DNA of 64,000 nt from a virus, in IMG/VR virus record IMGVR_UViG_3300023223_000669, positions 1-64,000 of that record; one strand, 5' to 3'. The notes beneath the pieces are model-generated. The model searched no databases, had not been told where the DNA came from, and was given only the letters and a program-made list of their open reading frames with translations. The translations under genes were made by a program, and so were the position numbers. Positions 26,951 to 37,344 of the stretch are shown here, piece by piece (position 1 is the first letter of the stretch; each line of letters starts with the position of its first letter).

Positions 26951-28531
26951 TCATTTGATACGATATAGCACATCAGTCCCACGCACTAGTTTTCTGTTTA
27001 CACTGGTACTCTTTATAAAGATATCCCAGTTACCAAAGTTACCTGGCTTGACTCTCACCCTGGCACTCGTCGGCATACCGATAAGGGCTCGGGCTTCATG
27101 TCCACCGTAGATAGCTCCCGAGGACTTATCCCTAACGACAAGATCCTTAGCGGGTTGCACGTCTTCGGGCTTAGTCAATTGATAGTAGGCAAGGCCGACG
27201 CCGTATACACCACCGGCCTGACGACCGAAGGTTTTATTGCGTGACATACGGTCTTCTACGAAATCACGGATCTGCCACTCGACACCACCAGCAGCAGCGT
27301 TGTCAACCTTGAGAGCCCTGAAAGTAGAAGAGACATCGTTCATGTTACGAATATCCGAGTCCGCGACTCGTTCACCATATAGCCGGTGAGTTACAATGTA
27401 CTTAGCGATTGAGTTTGTTAGGAAAGAATGCTCGCCTGGAAATATAGCCTCGCGAACAGCCGTCGAGTTATGATTTTCGAATCTCTCTGGATCTAACACT
27501 CTAAAGTTTAGATGTGCAGAAACAGGAGTCTCAGTTATGACTTCGTTATCCCTAGGCATGATGTAAAAACCAGCATGGGTTAGTTCCTTGCCAAGCCACT
27601 TGTGGCTCGGGTACTGGTGAGCCGCGATGGTCGCGTTCCATGCATCGGCCCCTACCAAGAAACTCCAATGGTAATCATCGCTAGGCACATAACTTCTAAT
27701 GAGCTTATGTTTTTGCCAAAATATGGGTGCTTGCGTAATCAACGTAGGCTTACCCTCCAGGTCCAACATGCGTACCCGGTGGAGTAGGTCTTCGATATCC
27801 ATACTGCCCTTATAGCAATGCCCTTGAGAAATCTCGAAAAGTTCACCAGCCTCAATATGCTTACGAGTCGGTGGGTTGAACGCACCAGGATAGATGACTT
27901 CGTACCGACGTAGGTAGTCTGTGACCCTATGGAATAGTCCTTTATGGTATACTAGAGCAGTATCCTCACTCAGCAAGAGTAGACGCTCGAAATCACTAAT
28001 ACCAGGAGCATATAGTACGTCAATGCGTGCAAAGTTGAGGTCCGCATTGACCCGGCTAAGTTTCGAGGCCCAGGATTCAGTACTCAATAGACAACCATCG
28101 AGGAACCACTGAGCGAGACATGCGACCCGATCGCCTAGCCTAGTCCTATTGAAACGAACGCCACTAAGGGCAAAATGCATATATGCTTCCCATTCATCAG
28201 TCACAAGATACATCCATCCATGTGACTTACGATCACGATAATGGGCTCCGGTAATTGCAAAACCAAACCGGCTCTGCGGCGGTTCGTATTCCGATAGGTT
28301 CTCTTTGGCTCTAATGTGATTACATTTGGCCAAAAAACCAGCATTATCGAGAGACACACCCCTCATGCCATGCGGCCTATCCAGGCCAGCATAATCGCAG
28401 TTAACGCCAATTACAGTTTGAGATGCACCCGGCACCCGGAGGAATCTGGAGCTAAACTCCAGTCCCATGCCAGCCTCAGAGATCACGCCCTGCCAGGACG
28501 AAGAGTTAAGTCTATTAGCAAAGTCTTGCAT
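26951..28531 (-). CDS. CinA-like + NMN adenylyltransferase (NadD/NMNAT-like) fusion with an extra C-terminal domain
   Basis: FLRVPGASQTV (CinA-like); YPGAFNPPTRKH and FLVGAD (nucleotidyltransferase); SSTAVR-like NSTAVRE; translationally coupled to NAMPT. Confidence 0.7.
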   Translation of the reverse strand: MQDFANRLNSSSWQGVISEAGMGLEFSSRFLRVPGASQTVIGVNCDYAGLDRPHGMRGVSLDNAGFLAKCNHIRAKENLSEYEPPQSRFGFAITGAHYRDRKSHGWMYLVTDEWEAYMHFALSGVRFNRTRLGDRVACLAQWFLDGCLLSTESWASKLSRVNADLNFARIDVLYAPGISDFERLLLLSEDTALVYHKGLFHRVTDYLRRYEVIYPGAFNPPTRKHIEAGELFEISQGHCYKGSMDIEDLLHRVRMLDLEGKPTLITQAPIFWQKHKLIRSYVPSDDYHWSFLVGADAWNATIAAHQYPSHKWLGKELTHAGFYIMPRDNEVITETPVSAHLNFRVLDPERFENHNSTAVREAIFPGEHSFLTNSIAKYIVTHRLYGERVADSDIRNMNDVSSTFRALKVDNAAAGGVEWQIRDFVEDRMSRNKTFGRQAGGVYGVGLAYYQLTKPEDVQPAKDLVVRDKSSGAIYGGHEARALIGMPTSARVRVKPGNFGNWDIFIKSTSVNRKLVRGTDVLYRIK

Positions 28532-30111
28532 TACGACACCGTGATAAGATCCTTGAGAGCATAGTGCGGGCCGGTCGAATTCAGATCAGACAAAGCACGC
28601 ACATTGTCCAGGGTTTCATGGTACATGATTTCGCCATTAAAGAACTTAGTAGTAAGGAAGTTCTGGAAGACGCTGCCTTCGCCAGTACGACCTTGCAGCA
28701 GCCTCAGTTGTTTCTCTGTACCAGTAATGATCTCACCAGGCACGCTACGGAACACGGCGAGACGACCACGCTTTGAATTCTTGGTCGGATCGGTTGCGGG
28801 TTGCTTGAACACGTCTCGCCACTCACCGCCACTTTTCATAGCAGAACACTTGATGGCGAAGCGTTGCGTGTCGCGGGTGAAGTCCTGTAGAAGTCCACCG
28901 CCAGAGCCAAAGGCAATGTTATCCGCAGAAATACCTTCGTCTTTGAAGGCCCGCAAGATAACGCCAACGGTATGGTCAGGAATACGAATGAGATTATCTT
29001 TAATCTCTAGGGCACGTTCAAATTCCTGAGCACGGATAGCAGCCTCTAATTCTTCGTTGTGTGGATTCATACTATCCAGCCACTTGATGCCGTCACCCTG
29101 GATCATACGGACATAATCGGGTAGCACACGGAACCCCTTAGCGTTTTCTTCGCTGCCGAATACACTCTCGATAGCATGGAATACGTCAATATCAATGTCC
29201 GGAATGTCGCCAGAGTCGGGACGGATCACAACCGTTCCTTCACGTTCTCTAATCATTTTAAGAATATCAGGGTTCCCACCGATCACGTCCGTCACGAACC
29301 GGAACATATCGTAGGAGTCGCCTACCATTGCGACGAGGCCAGTCGGGTGTGCTTGCAGGACGCGACGTACGATGTTGGCCTCGCCAGTCGGACCTTCGGC
29401 CGTCATGACAGAGTGCTCGGTTGCAGGGATAGAGAAGCCCGCCATGTCTGCACTATAGTATTGACGCAGGAGAGCGATAGCAGCCATGTTATCTGTACCC
29501 AACGCTCCCGTAGCCAGGTGAGCAGCACCAGCTAGGGCAGCGGTTTCAAGCGAAGACACGCCACGGAAACCAAAGTCATGAAGCTTGAAGGGAAGGCCAG
29601 CCATGTCACCAGTGAGATCCAGGTACTTAGCAATGATCTGTCTCACGGCACGGCTACCAGTGGCAACCGTAGTCGGAGACCAAATCTGCGAAAGCATGGT
29701 CTCTAGGTAGTTCGTCAGGAACGCTGTACGCTCACCACCAGTGTTTTCAATGGTGAATAGTGCAGTAGACTCGGGCACCACCATGCCCTCGGGTAAAGCA
29801 GCAATACGAACAGGAAGATGACCCTGATGCTCGTTGAGAATGTACTCCCAACCAGCACGATTAAATATGTCTGCTCGTCCAAAATGGGCCTCACAGACAG
29901 CAGCGGCTTCGTCGATTTTATCTTGTGTCACGACATGGCCAGTGAAATATCTTGCAAGAATATATTGGAGGCCAAAAAAGCAAGTTTCAGGAAATCTTGC
30001 ACCGATCCTGGGTTCACAATAGCTATAAACAGCTTCGGTTCCCTCTGGATAAAACTTATGATGACTATGTTTATACGAATCTGAGCCAAAAGCAACGATA
30101 TTGAAATTCAT
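28531..30111 (-). CDS. nadV: nicotinamide phosphoribosyltransferase
   Basis: SDSYK, LHDFGFRG, GTDN, IPATEHS, DSYD, IRPDSG, IQGDGI, FGSGGGLLQ, KNSKRG. Confidence 0.95.
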   Translation of the reverse strand: MNFNIVAFGSDSYKHSHHKFYPEGTEAVYSYCEPRIGARFPETCFFGLQYILARYFTGHVVTQDKIDEAAAVCEAHFGRADIFNRAGWEYILNEHQGHLPVRIAALPEGMVVPESTALFTIENTGGERTAFLTNYLETMLSQIWSPTTVATGSRAVRQIIAKYLDLTGDMAGLPFKLHDFGFRGVSSLETAALAGAAHLATGALGTDNMAAIALLRQYYSADMAGFSIPATEHSVMTAEGPTGEANIVRRVLQAHPTGLVAMVGDSYDMFRFVTDVIGGNPDILKMIREREGTVVIRPDSGDIPDIDIDVFHAIESVFGSEENAKGFRVLPDYVRMIQGDGIKWLDSMNPHNEELEAAIRAQEFERALEIKDNLIRIPDHTVGVILRAFKDEGISADNIAFGSGGGLLQDFTRDTQRFAIKCSAMKSGGEWRDVFKQPATDPTKNSKRGRLAVFRSVPGEIITGTEKQLRLLQGRTGEGSVFQNFLTTKFFNGEIMYHETLDNVRALSDLNSTGPHYALKDLITVS

Positions 30112-30689
30112 AATTGTAATATAGCGTGAATGTAATTGATCGTTATAAGTTGATCTTGATTGTAAAAATCTTCTGGAAAACGATCGCCCTTGATTGTGTT
30201 ACACATCTTACATAATAAGGTCGCATTGTTGAGATTTAAACCAAATCCTTTTGCGAGTGGGTAGTGATGATCGATCTGTAATTCTATTTTAGAACTACAG
30301 TTGAAGCATTGATTACAAAATATACGCCGTGTTGTTTCGATAAGATATTGGGTTACTTGAGCATCTAAGTTACGCTGACGTTCTCTTCTGTTGTGTGCAT
30401 AAATTTGATTGGCGGCTTTACCTTTTTGGCTTTTCTTATAAAACCTGCGTGATGCTTTTCTTTTTTCTGAACGTCTATATCGTTTTTGTGCTTTGAGACA
30501 TGCTTTTTTGCCATTTTCGGTGCGAATATAGTTTTGTCTTGTTAATTTCCCTGTGCTAGTGTTTTGATATCTTTTTTGGTTATGCCGTACACAGTCTTTG
30601 TACCACGGTCTTAGGCCATCACGTTTTTGAATATCTTTGTAATAATCATTTTCGTGTTGCCAAAGTTTGCACTTGGTACATTGTTTCAT
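30108..30689 (-). CDS. HNH endonuclease
   Basis: CTKCK N-terminus; CFNC...IDHHYPLAKG..NATLLCKMCNTIKG. Confidence 0.85.
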   Translation of the reverse strand: MKQCTKCKLWQHENDYYKDIQKRDGLRPWYKDCVRHNQKRYQNTSTGKLTRQNYIRTENGKKACLKAQKRYRRSEKRKASRRFYKKSQKGKAANQIYAHNRRERQRNLDAQVTQYLIETTRRIFCNQCFNCSSKIELQIDHHYPLAKGFGLNLNNATLLCKMCNTIKGDRFPEDFYNQDQLITINYIHAILQL

Positions 30690-31321
30690 TATTCCCTTGT
30701 TGGTCTTTTTCCAGTACGATTGAAAATAAGGTAGTCGGTGATGATTTCTTGATGATCAAAACAGAGTGAGTCGATCATTGTGGCTCCAAGCTGTTTGGGG
30801 TCTACGATGCGTGCTTCTTTTGCATCATCAGCGGCTTCGGGATACCCTATTGCTTTAGCAATGTAGACGATACTGATAGCATGAAAACGACTGTCACGAC
30901 CAGGATTGGGGTAGGTATGAAATTGCTCTAGTTGCGTTATATGCAGACCAGTTTCCTCGGTAGCCTCACGGGCCGCAGCATCAATAGCACGTTCCCCAAT
31001 GTCTACGAAGCCGCCGGGGAGAGCCCAGCCTAGCGGTTCATTCACTCTGGAGATAAGTACAATACCATCTTTTCGGAGCATAGGCGTAGACGTACCATCT
31101 AGTCTGAGTTGTCCGAAAGGATAGAGATGCCAGTCTTGCATTTCGATGATGATATCGACTGTAACTTTCGGTGTTGTGTGGTGCCAATGCTTAGGTGCTT
31201 GATGGTGGCAATCGGGGTGAGTCTCGTCACAATAATCCTTATCTATCCCTGTAGCGGGACAAATATGCCAATCGTCCAATATATCAAGCCAATGAATATT
31301 CATTAGAAATTCACTTTTCAT
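30689..31321 (-). CDS. Nudix hydrolase (ADP-ribose pyrophosphatase-like)
   Basis: PKVTVDIII, GWALPGGFVDIGE...AAAREATEETGL, RDSRFH, ADDA, FDH. Confidence 0.9.
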   Translation of the reverse strand: MKSEFLMNIHWLDILDDWHICPATGIDKDYCDETHPDCHHQAPKHWHHTTPKVTVDIIIEMQDWHLYPFGQLRLDGTSTPMLRKDGIVLISRVNEPLGWALPGGFVDIGERAIDAAAREATEETGLHITQLEQFHTYPNPGRDSRFHAISIVYIAKAIGYPEAADDAKEARIVDPKQLGATMIDSLCFDHQEIITDYLIFNRTGKRPTRE

Positions 31322-31947
31322 GATAGAAAATTCGGGTCGTCTAGATATGTGTCAACCAGCTTGGTGAATGGAATACGATGATTCTCAAAGCCCGCGTACG
31401 TAAGCTTGTGCTCCATGTTTTCAGCAGCAGGGGTGTTTATCGAGTGGACAATAACCACGGGAGAATCGGTATAGTCGTCCTTCACCATCCACCGGACTAC
31501 TTCGCTGCCGGTGTTCGGGTCGGAAATGTCGCAGTTTTGTCCATAGAACATCGGGGGCTCGCCCCCAAGATCATGGTCGAGAAAGACTACATCGAATTTG
31601 TCTTTGGCCAAAGCTTTGATCGCGGCGTCAGCCGTGTCTACCCAATATATACTATGCTTAGGAGTCAGCTTTGCAACGAAGATCTCCATGCGTCTCGGAT
31701 CATCCTCTAGGATCAGTATGTTAAGCATTCTATCACGATCGTCATTAAAAGTGCAGCCGGTAATGGGATTGAATTGCGGGTTGTATTCCTCCATGTCCAG
31801 AAGTGCTTTGATTTTCGTTAAAGCTAGAATCTGTCCCGCATGATTGTCCCGCGTGGGTTCGTGTATTTTGCGACGATCCAAGACTACAGACTCAGCCCTT
31901 GCAAGCTCAAGCTCTATCCAGGAACGTAAAGTATTCAGGATCTCCAA
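31318..31947 (-). CDS. receiver-like protein (cyclic-phosphate-processing receiver type), with N-terminal extension
   Basis: ILILEDDPRR, VFLDHDLG, TGSEVVRW, IVHSIN. Confidence 0.7.
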   Translation of the reverse strand: MEILNTLRSWIELELARAESVVLDRRKIHEPTRDNHAGQILALTKIKALLDMEEYNPQFNPITGCTFNDDRDRMLNILILEDDPRRMEIFVAKLTPKHSIYWVDTADAAIKALAKDKFDVVFLDHDLGGEPPMFYGQNCDISDPNTGSEVVRWMVKDDYTDSPVVIVHSINTPAAENMEHKLTYAGFENHRIPFTKLVDTYLDDPNFLS

Positions 31948-32047
31948 TGTCCTATTATACCACCGATTCAGGGTTTGTCAAGAGAAAAGGCCGGGAATCT
32001 TTTATAATCGATGTCATGTAGTGTATTATTATGTGGAGGACTATCTT

Positions 32048-32629
32048 ATGAAGATTGAGCTACTCAAATGCAAGAACCCAAATATCTGCAAACACTGTGG
32101 GTCGGAATTTCCTAACTGGATTCTAGTCGATGGCGTCAGAAAGAATCTCTCGACTAGAAGCTATTGTCTAGGCTGTAAGCCTTACAGTAGTGGCAACACT
32201 AAAAGACTCTCACGATACCGCGAAATCAATGGTCACGAACAGAAACTTTGTTCTGTTTGTCAAAAATGGAAAGATGTAGAATATGCATGGTATAAAGTCA
32301 CGAGGGGTGACAAAGTATATACCAACTCACATTGTAAGGATTGCACTAATGCTCGCTCTCGGTGTCTTGCTGCTGATCTTAAGAGAAAAGCCGTCAATTA
32401 CAAAGGCGAAAAATGTTATGATTGTGGTGAGTTGTTTCCTGATTACATTTACGACTTTCATCATCGTGACCCGTCTGCTAAAGACTTCAAAGTATCAAAT
32501 CACCTAACACGAAACATGGACTGGCAAAAAGTAAAAGATGAACTGGATAAATGCGATATGCTTTGTTCCAACTGCCATAGGCACCGCCATTACGATAAGG
32601 ATAATCCTAACTACTGTCCGACTCGCTAG
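32048..32629 (+). CDS. HNH endonuclease
   Basis: YKGEKCYDCG..YDFHHRDPSAKDF...ELDKCDMLCSNCHRHRH; N-terminus similar to 26120-26680. Confidence 0.88.
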   Translation: MKIELLKCKNPNICKHCGSEFPNWILVDGVRKNLSTRSYCLGCKPYSSGNTKRLSRYREINGHEQKLCSVCQKWKDVEYAWYKVTRGDKVYTNSHCKDCTNARSRCLAADLKRKAVNYKGEKCYDCGELFPDYIYDFHHRDPSAKDFKVSNHLTRNMDWQKVKDELDKCDMLCSNCHRHRHYDKDNPNYCPTR

Positions 32630-32834
32630 GTCGTTTTTCTTTAGGATAATCTAGCGAATGAAATCCGCTGTTACCGGGTGTGCCTCGAAAAATGATGCCG
32701 CCACCCTTACCGATAAGTCTTTTCAGTTTCAGCTTACCACAGGTGGGGCATTTCCTTCTCTTACCCTCAATGATATACTGAAAAATCTCGTGCATGCTGC
32801 CACATTCGCGGCAAAGATAGTCGTAAGTAGGCAT
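32607..32834 (-). CDS. FmdB-family zinc-ribbon protein
   Basis: MPTYDYLCRECG...KCPTCG...RLIG.G..IIFRG. Confidence 0.85.
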   Translation of the reverse strand: MPTYDYLCRECGSMHEIFQYIIEGKRRKCPTCGKLKLKRLIGKGGGIIFRGTPGNSGFHSLDYPKEKRPSESDSS

Positions 32835-34578
32835 TTAGTCTTTTAGTGCTTTTACAAGACCCTTAGCTCTCTCGAAATCACCATCGAATACAATGAGGAC
32901 ACGCTTAGCTCTTTGAATTTCCCGATTTCTAGTGTAGCCCATGTTGTCCCACGATTCGTGATAGTAACCACAGCCATCAGTATGATTGCGATGGCACAAT
33001 TGCTCATGTAGAAGCCCGCCAAGTTTCTGTGCATCTGTCAGGGCCTCAAACTTGGCTTTGGCCACTTTGACTGCGATCAACTTGCCTTCAAGCTCCTCGA
33101 TTTCTTTGTCGTGATCTTGCATAGCTTATTGAGTCCTTGCATTTGCGATAACGAAATCGAGTACTTCGTCGTCGGTCAGGTCTTTTAGCTCAGGGATAAC
33201 GGCTCGAAACTTGGCGGCCAGAGACACTGTTGTCTCTGCGACCTCTTTAGGGGTCAATTCGATCCCCTCTTCGGCCAAGCCGTTGCGTAGTTCGCTATCT
33301 TTCATTTCGTGATCTGATACAAGAAAAACGGCAGTAGAAAGCCGAAGAGGAACCATCCGTGCTTCGGCACGCTGCGGACGGTTGTGTACGTTGCAGCCCG
33401 AGTAACTTCGGGGATGCGAGACATGACTATGGTTTTAAGGGTGCTCATTCGCTGTAATTGGCAGGAGTGAGGGTTTTAACCTTTATCCCAAATTCATCGC
33501 CACCGGATGTCAGTGTGATTTGGGCAAGAATATCGTCACCCTTTATATAAATGTCCTTCACCGTGCCTACTTGGCCGGTTTCGAGACGGACTACGGTACC
33601 GATTGCGATACCGTCTTTGGGTTGTGCATCAAAGTCTTCCATTACGGTTACAGTATACCGTCGTTTCGAGGATTGTCAAGTAAAAGCTATGTCTTGAGCC
33701 TTTCGCTAAGTGCGTCAAACGAGAAGGACCGTTCCACGTTCAAGAGTCCGGGTAACGTGGGAGACTCGCCGTGAGGGCCAGCACAAGCACGCGAGACCTT
33801 ACCCCATAGTTCTTGCAATTCTTCCTCTGTCTTGGCTTCCCGGCAAAGGGATGCCAGGTTCTCATCGTACCAAGCATCGATGCCTGTAAGAATTATACGG
33901 AGACGTTGTGCTAAATCAGAGATAAGGTCTAAGTTTATGTCACTCATGGGTCACTTTTCCTGCATACAAAAACTCAAGGAATGTACCAGACTGGTCCGCC
34001 ATGCTTGGGATTGAAGGAATGAAGGGCCGGGAAGTTCTCTAGTAAATTCTCTAGTGTTACTAGGGCCTCGCGGACCTCCTGCTGGGTTGTCCCAGGCTTG
34101 AACACCAGGACCGTTCCAAGCTGATTTTCTAGGTCCATGATGATTCTCTAATATATCTTATCTCTACGTCCCACCCTTCGCCTTTACAGAAAGACAGTAC
34201 TTCTGCAATGCATTCCGCCTCGCCCTCATTCTCGCTGTGGAAAGAAAAGAATGTGTCCTCCCAATCCTTAAGATTGCCTTCAAAGATATCAGGAATTTCG
34301 ATTGTTAGATTGTATTCAAGTTTGGGAACAGGGGGCACGTCTATAGGCATCCAGGCGGCACCGGGGAGTTCTTCGATACGTCTGCATGTGTCCTCGCCAA
34401 TAAACCATACCCAGATCTGTTGATCGGCACCAGAATGAACGGGACCCACACGAACAGGCTTAGGAGTTCTGCCGCCAGGGCGTTGCAGCCAGTATAAGCC
34501 ATGTATGGTAGGTTTGTTTCTAGTCCACATTATGATGTAATCCTTTTTACCATACCCAAAACAGCCATCTATGGACAC
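32835..34578 (-). CDS. cluster of small hypothetical proteins
   Basis: ORFs 32835-33122, 33126-33305, 33445-33642, 33687-33947, 33973-34137, 34129-34578. Confidence 0.5.
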
Positions 34579-34814
34579 GAGGGTTGGAAGGCAGCGTCAA
34601 ACGACGAGGGTACCAATGTCGCCACCAGCGGCGTTGATTAGAGTGTATCTTAATGGGCCACTTCATCAGGCTACTTTTCCTGCTTATACAGCAAATACAG
34701 ACAGTCTAGCCCGATTAGCACCAGTAGCAGACTGTAAAACTCTTGCGAGTTGTCGGCAAAGTACCATGCTACCAGAAAGTCAATGCCCACGGTGAATAGG
34801 AATTTCATAGTGCC

Positions 34815-37344
34815 ACAGTATACCGCCGTTAGGGCCTAAGTCAAGCTCAAAATCATCGCTATTTCATCAGATTACCACTAAAGATATGGTGGTCTGGATG
34901 CTGTTTCGAGAATTCGCGAGCCTCGGGGTAAGACTGGAAATCGTGAATGCAGAGTGTTCCACCAGGCCCAAGATGGGCTACCCAATACACTTTTGTTGCC
35001 AGAAGCTCACCTATGACCGCAAGCTGGTCCTGATGCTCAAGAGCAAGGATTTCGCGAGCAAGCTGTACGTGTTTGGGTTTACGTAGTACCATTTTCAAGC
35101 TCCAACCGTTGTTTTAGCAGAGCCAGGAGAACTTCAACGTCATAAGATTGTGATGGACCTGAAAAACTTGTATTGACCTCCAAAACAAGAGGAAGACCCG
35201 CAATCAGGACTGATGTTGTCACCTTCATTATGTTCTACTTCTTTTCAAGCTCTCTTCCAAGAGCCACAGTACCAATCATAGCAAGCCTGAGAATCTCTTC
35301 CCAAGTAGCAAGGTCTGTACTGGCATCTGCAAGATGCTCGACCAATTGGATGCGTTCGGAGGTACTACGGCAGGCCGCATATTCTAGGACGATATGACGT
35401 GCGTTTTCTTGCCATCTATTCATTTTCAAGCTCCTCCTCCGGTAATACCACTAATTCTAGATGCAACTCTTCCTCGGAGAGAGAAAGAAAACCCTCCATG
35501 AGAGCAGTAACTTGATTGTCACTTGCCCAATAGGCCATGACCCAGATATGCTTGATCTGTTTGGTGGTAAGTTCCACTTTCATGATGCCACAGTATACCC
35601 TCGTTAGCGGCTAAGTCAAGTCCTTTTCAAGCTCCCCATTGATCCCACGTAGCAATTGAAGGGTCTCGTTAGCAATCGACATGAGGCCGCTGATCTTGGC
35701 AGGATCGGCACCACGGCGGATAAGCTCATCGCAAACCACATGCAGACTGATTAGATTGATGGCTGAGCATAAATCATAATTGCGTTTACGAAAGCGATCG
35801 TTGCGTGCAAAGGAATCGTCTTTTTCAAGCTCACTGACAGCAAAATCCCTAATAGGATAAGGATGAGTCATAAGACATACAGCGAATGCTCCGTTGGGAT
35901 AGATGGTGACGATTGTGCCGCGTTCGCCGGTTGCTTTAACTCTAATCATGTCGTGTTCTTTCATTAGTTATAAACTAGCTCCTGCGGCGTCTTGAGCGTT
36001 TTCAAGCCCTTCGTCGTCCCTACCGCGACTATAAGCCCAATCCATTTTCTGAATGACTAGATCAACGAGTTCGTCCCAGAATTCGGATGGCATCTTGCTG
36101 TAAATGTGACCGAGGGCGTTCGTGGCCTTGAGTTCGGTCTCTACAATCTCTCGCATTGAGTGCATCATGGTGTCATTATATCCTCGTTAGAGCCTAAGTC
36201 AAGTCCTTTTCAAGCGAACGTCCCAAGTATTCCATAAGAGACAACATACTCTCTCTAGAAAGCAAAACCTTGACGCCGGGGACATCCTCGAAGGACTTGG
36301 TACACAGGCTGATGCCTCCGTCGCGAGGGTCACGTTGGACAGATAAGTAGCGGTTGATTTCCATCATTATGATCTAATCCTTTTCAAGCTCTTTAGGGAA
36401 GCGAATAGAGGTCCAAAAACTGTTGTGATGTATTACTTGGACTCCTGTATCCTCCATTTCAAGCAATTGTCCTAAAAACTCCATAAGAGACAAAGCATTA
36501 TCTTTGGACAAGGAAAGACTGGGGCCATCGCCTGTGCTGGTCTTCACGGTAAGTATTATACGACCATCAGTAGGATCGTATGTTGCTAAAAGATCACCAT
36601 TGGTGATGCTACGTGCATTTTGTTGCCATTGATCCATTAGAGTCTAATCCTTTTCAAGCACACGCCTAGCAAAACACTTACTACCCCTACAAGGAACATT
36701 ACGACGATCCTTATGAGAGAACATGCGAGGGAGCCCGTAGCCACCTTGGCTCCAATAGGCTTTAAGCGTACGGTCACAGTATGAGCATTGTGCCAGTGTA
36801 TAGGATTTAGTCTGTGTCATTTTTAAGATTAGTTTTACAGAAGGCCCAAGAGGATCCGTCGCGTTGATTATGAGAGATCTTAATGTCCCAACCAGCAGCC
36901 TCAAAAGCCTCCTTGAGCATCATGACTACCTTTTGGTGCTTGGGTGGAGCACTTATATAAACGGGATTTAAGCGACCAGTATACCATTCTTTTTGAAGTA
37001 CAGCGTTGATCTTTTCTGTATACTTTTTATACTCTGCCTCAATTGTAGCATTTTGTAGCTTGGCGGCTTCCTCGGGTGTTATAGGTTTTATATTCTCATT
37101 CATGGTCTTATTATACCACCATTAGAGTCTAAGTCAAGTCCTTTTCAAGCTCCTCTCCAAGTGATACCAAAACAATACCAGATGAATGGAAGAAAGAACC
37201 GTGTGAGTGAATGAGACAATACATGAAGCACCATTGGTTGAGGGATGGATCATACCATAGCTCTGCGTGTATTAGCTCATAATAGGCTGTATCCACGTTG
37301 CTCCGCGTCTCCTGGGTGTAAGATATAGGTAACGGCGTACACAC
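34815..37344 (-). repeat. array of about 11 small ORFs punctuated by GCTTGAAAA(GGACTTGACTTAG) repeats and four sigma70 promoters
   Basis: ORF ends ELEKDLT, LEKD, ELEKK, ELENE, ELENGTT; TTAG-N3-CTAA palindromes. Confidence 0.8.
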
